Shown piece after piece: positions 60,980 through 64,000 of a stretch of DNA of 64,000 nt. Location of the stretch: IMG/VR virus record IMGVR_UViG_3300036853_000446, positions 1-64,000 of that record, one strand, 5' to 3'. Made by a program: the position numbers and the translations under genes. The notes under the pieces are model-generated. The model was not told the DNA's origin. It saw only the letters and a list, made by a program, of their open reading frames with translations, and did not search any database. Every line of letters begins with the position of its first letter. The first letter of the stretch is position 1.

Positions 60980-61729
60980 TCAGCTCCACCCGAACTTGAT
61001 TTTGCGATCGAGAAGGTCCCGTGGGTCACCGACCGCGGCAGCGTCGAGGACCTGAAACCGCATCTCCGTCACCTCCGGTATCGACTGCGAGGTGCGCTGA
61101 ACGCTCCACTCGATGAACCACTGCCCCGACTGTCCCGTTTCCCCGGCGCGCCCCGTGGCGTAGAATTCGCCAACCTCGCCCGCCACCGGCAGGCGGTGAC
61201 GAGGCCCGACATATTTCCGCGATCCATCGCTTCTGATCTGCGCGAGGCTGTACGTGACGCGAAAAGGGACCATCGGCCTGTGACGGTCGCTGAGGAATAC
61301 CGGCAGGTCCCCTCGCTGCAGGGTCTGGAGCCAGCGGAAGGTCTTTGGACCCAACGTGATGGCGCGCAGCGGGGGCGGATGATGATCGATGACGGGGAGG
61401 ATCGAAAGATGGGAGTCCCCCTGGATGACGAGCGGCGCGTTGTAGAGAAAGAGGCTGGTTCCGACTACGACTCCTCTCGCCCCCACTCGGACATTGCCGT
61501 TGGCGGAAGCGTCCGAGGACCCCGCCACGACCGCTGAAGTGTCGACGAAATAGTTCCACTCGAACGTGCTGTCTCCCAGAAAGGTCCCGCTCGCTAGCTG
61601 TCCGACGCTCGCCACACCCGTAAAGGACGCGGTCCCCTGGAACGTGAGGGCGATGGCAATGCAGACAATCGCGGCCGCCGAGGCCGGGCTTGTCCCATTA
61701 ACCGTTGCGGAGCTATCGACGGTCGCCAA
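60980..61729 (-). CDS. Hypothetical virion protein, 249 aa
   Basis: C-terminal half (DLPVFL...VTYSL...VGEFYA...WFIEW) resembles the N-terminal half of the 294-aa adaptor gene (DLNIFL...VYYTL...VGKYYA...YRARW). Confidence 0.6.
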   Translation of the reverse strand: MATVDSSATVNGTSPASAAAIVCIAIALTFQGTASFTGVASVGQLASGTFLGDSTFEWNYFVDTSAVVAGSSDASANGNVRVGARGVVVGTSLFLYNAPLVIQGDSHLSILPVIDHHPPPLRAITLGPKTFRWLQTLQRGDLPVFLSDRHRPMVPFRVTYSLAQIRSDGSRKYVGPRHRLPVAGEVGEFYATGRAGETGQSGQWFIEWSVQRTSQSIPEVTEMRFQVLDAAAVGDPRDLLDRKIKFGWS

Positions 61730-61744
61730 GATTCCGCTTTCAGA

Positions 61745-62128
61745 TCAGGATTCGGACAAAATGAGCTGATTTGCGGGCACTCGAAGCTGGTCGCCTATCG
61801 CGATCGTGCGCGGCGCGGACAGGGCCGTGTGGTAGAGGAGATTCCCCGACGCGGGCGCGTCAAAGATTCCGAAATGAACGACGGTGCCCCAGGAAGCCGT
61901 AGCCATCGGGAACAGGACGTCTCCAACGTTTGCCACTTGATTCGCCGCGGGAGATCCGAGCGTCAGGGTCTGCCTCGTATACGCTCCGCCCGAGACTTCG
62001 GCGCCACCGCCAGCGTTCGTAGGCGCCGTCGTATACGCAGCGAGGTAAACTGCTGCCGGGGCGGCGAACGAAGTAGCTCTCAACACGTGGTTGAGTAGAT
62101 TGACCGCTAGGTAGTCGGACTTTGCCAT
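61745..62128 (-). CDS. Conserved small phage virion/fibre-associated protein, 127 aa
   Basis: SDYLAVNLLNHVL...VYLAAYTTAP...EVSGGAYTRQ...FPMATASWGTVVHFGIFDA..SGNLL is a widespread phage structural pattern. Confidence 0.75.
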   Translation of the reverse strand: MAKSDYLAVNLLNHVLRATSFAAPAAVYLAAYTTAPTNAGGGAEVSGGAYTRQTLTLGSPAANQVANVGDVLFPMATASWGTVVHFGIFDAPASGNLLYHTALSAPRTIAIGDQLRVPANQLILSES

Positions 62129-62183
62129 GATGCCTCAACATCAGGCGGTTGATAAAAGCTGTCTCAGCCTTCATCGAACGGGA

Positions 62184-62570
62184 TCAGCGGTTGTTGAACG
62201 ACGCAGTCAATCCTCCCGATGTCTGAATGGGCTCCGACACGTCGTAATCTTGAGCCACAATCTGCTGACCGGCCGCGTACGTGAGACGGACTCTCCAAAA
62301 GCCCGCGGCATTGGGCCGAAATCGAAGGCTGTAACTACCTGGCGCTCCGGGGATTTCGTGGAAATAGAGACTGCCTGCGTTCACTTGGCTGTCAGAGACC
62401 GGAGCCCCGTTCATGACGGGCCAAGGCTGCGGCACGTTGTTGCAAAACGTGTGTGACGTCAGGTCGACGAGCGTCAGCCCTTTAATGGGCGTGAACCCAT
62501 CGACCTCAAAGAAATCCGCCTGATCAATCACCGTCTGATTGATCCGACCGACGCGACCTACCGACGCCAA
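62184..62570 (-). CDS. Hypothetical beta-sandwich protein, 128 aa
   Basis: TTG start with AAAGGG SD-like; EIPGAPGSYSLRFRPNAAGFWRVRLTY is Ig-like. Confidence 0.6.
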   Translation of the reverse strand: MASVGRVGRINQTVIDQADFFEVDGFTPIKGLTLVDLTSHTFCNNVPQPWPVMNGAPVSDSQVNAGSLYFHEIPGAPGSYSLRFRPNAAGFWRVRLTYAAGQQIVAQDYDVSEPIQTSGGLTASFNNR

Positions 62571-62601
62571 ACGCTAACCCTTTCTCGCATGTGGTTCTTG
62601 C

Positions 62602-62850
62602 TCAAGGCATGTGGCAGAGGTGCTTCAGATTCTTGACCGTGTTGGCATAGAGAAGCGCGGGCACCTTGCCCGTTTGGTTGAACCACGCGGTCCGCAGCTC
62701 CCCAATGTTCACGACCGTGCAATCGAAGACGAAGCTGATTCTCGTGCCATTCTTCGACGTGTTCTGCATCGGCGCCCCCGCGACCTGCAGGTAGGCAGCA
62801 AAATACAGATCCGTGGTTTCGAATACGCTATCTCTTGTCTCGTCATTCAT
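62602..62850 (-). CDS. DUF5659-like small protein, 82 aa
   Basis: FETTDLYFAAYLQVAG...ISFVFD pattern. Confidence 0.6.
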   Translation of the reverse strand: MNDETRDSVFETTDLYFAAYLQVAGAPMQNTSKNGTRISFVFDCTVVNIGELRTAWFNQTGKVPALLYANTVKNLKHLCHMP

Positions 62851-62902
62851 ATGGGGTCTCGTCTTCAGAGGACTTCATCTTCGGTCTGGGGCTGATTTTT
62901 CA

Positions 62903-62932
62903 GGGTCTGGGTCTGGGTCTGAATCTGGATCT
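62903..62932 (-). repeat. Five tandem AGAYYC hexamers
   Basis: Minus strand AGATCC AGATTC AGACCC AGACCC AGACCC. Confidence 0.9.
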
Positions 62933-62959
62933 AAAATCGAGGGGCTGGCGAAACCCCTC
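62933..62959 (-). terminator. Possible terminator hairpin after the last gene
   Basis: GAGGGG-TTTCGCCAG-CCCCTC followed by GATTTT. Confidence 0.5.
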
Positions 62960-62967
62960 CCAAGGCT

Positions 62968-64000
62968 TTACGAAAGCGCGACAGCGTTCGACACGCGATG
63001 CCGGACTTGGACCCGCACGCTGGTCGTGGACACGGCGACACCGGGAATGAGTGCCGCGGGGATCACGATGGCGGTCGGAAGGACGCTCCCGCCAGCTCTG
63101 ATGATCGCTTGCTGTTCCAACCGCGCGGCACCCACCCCGGTGAATTTGACGACGATGCCATAATCCCCCGTCCCGCCCCCGCTCTCGGTGCCGAGGCCAG
63201 TGCCGCTGAGCGTTACCATCCCCTCTGCAGGTGTCCCGCGAACCCCGGTCGCAATCGTTGGCAGGGTGTTCGCCGTGGCAAATGGCGTAGACCCATCGTC
63301 CTCGAAAACCGCCACAGCCGCCCCGGTGGGCACCGATGGCCGGCGCGGGTCCGGGTCATAAGTCGCGCCGCTGTATTTGGCGATATTGCCGACGAGAAAG
63401 CTTTCGACGGCTACGTCGGTGTCCGCGAGCAGAGGCGCCACGGCATCGGCCACCACGAATGCACGAGCGTCGCCCGCGTCGTAGAACGGCTCGAGCGCCC
63501 TCGCGTTGGTCGTGTCGCCAACGGCCTCCAGTTGCGCCTGGCCGATGGTGAGGGGGCCATTCGGGAGGCCCACTGAGGCGTAGAAGGCCGAAGCGGCAGG
63601 AAAGGTCCGCACACCATCGGTGAGATTTAGGTTGGCATTGGCCGTCGACCCATTGCCGGTGGTGTCGAGTTCGAGGAAGCTACTCGAGCCGTGCGTCCGA
63701 GACTCGAGCGACACGGCCGAGCCCGCTTTGAAAGCGCGGATGCCAGAGCTTCCGAAGGCCGTATTGATGGCAGCCACGAGCGCCTCAGTCGAGGCGTAGG
63801 CTGCCTCGCCAATCGTATAGACGCCGAACGAGGCCGTCGACGACGTCCTCAGGCGGAGCACCTTGTTGGCAGCCCCAATCGTGAGACTCGTCGGGGCGGC
63901 AGAGCCCGTGACCGTTGCGCCCACGCCCGTGCTCGAGTCCGCCAATGCCGCCGCGAGGAAAGCGACGGTGGGAGGCCCCAGGTATCTCTCTTGGCCAGGC
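62968..64000 (-). CDS. Partial (5' end beyond window) putative virion structural protein, >343 aa
   Basis: Frame stays open upstream of track start 63945 to the window edge (PGQERYLGPPTVAFLAAAL...); carries a domain like the sheath insertions; C-terminal IPT/Ig-like segment. Confidence 0.7.
   Translation of the reverse strand, partial: PGQERYLGPPTVAFLAAALADSSTGVGATVTGSAAPTSLTIGAANKVLRLRTSSTASFGVYTIGEAAYASTEALVAAINTAFGSSGIRAFKAGSAVSLESRTHGSSSFLELDTTGNGSTANANLNLTDGVRTFPAASAFYASVGLPNGPLTIGQAQLEAVGDTTNARALEPFYDAGDARAFVVADAVAPLLADTDVAVESFLVGNIAKYSGATYDPDPRRPSVPTGAAVAVFEDDGSTPFATANTLPTIATGVRGTPAEGMVTLSGTGLGTESGGGTGDYGIVVKFTGVGAARLEQQAIIRAGGSVLPTAIVIPAALIPGVAVSTTSVRVQVRHRVSNAVALS

Overview
The window is one uninterrupted minus-strand gene cluster (about 50 CDS, roughly 60-65% GC by eye, tightly packed). 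It reads as the virion morphogenesis module of a very large contractile-tailed (myovirus-like, probably jumbo) phage. In transcription order, from high to low coordinates: head/neck-type genes; an actin-like ATPase and a Dps-like gene; a tail-completion-like gene; a 1533-aa tail sheath; a 7.2-kb intercalation (UvrD/PcrA-like helicase, hypothetical genes, a DUF4258/HTH toxin-antitoxin-like cassette with its own promoter and terminator); tail tube; two chaperone-like paralogs; tape measure; two tube-initiator-like paralogs (one carrying an intact GH24 lysozyme); baseplate hub; spike; a fibre gene set including a ~630-residue collagen-like stalk; a 2149-aa protein; and gp25-like, baseplate J-like and wedge genes. 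No capsid, portal, terminase, integrase, rRNA, tRNA or CRISPR array was recognised. Both end genes run off the window. The most notable items are the phage-encoded actin-like/Dps cassette, oversized structural proteins built from shared mobile domains, recurrent AGAY-repeat and YTTATC leader motifs, and a lower-GC free-standing endonuclease. All product calls come from motif recognition and gene order only; no database search was run.
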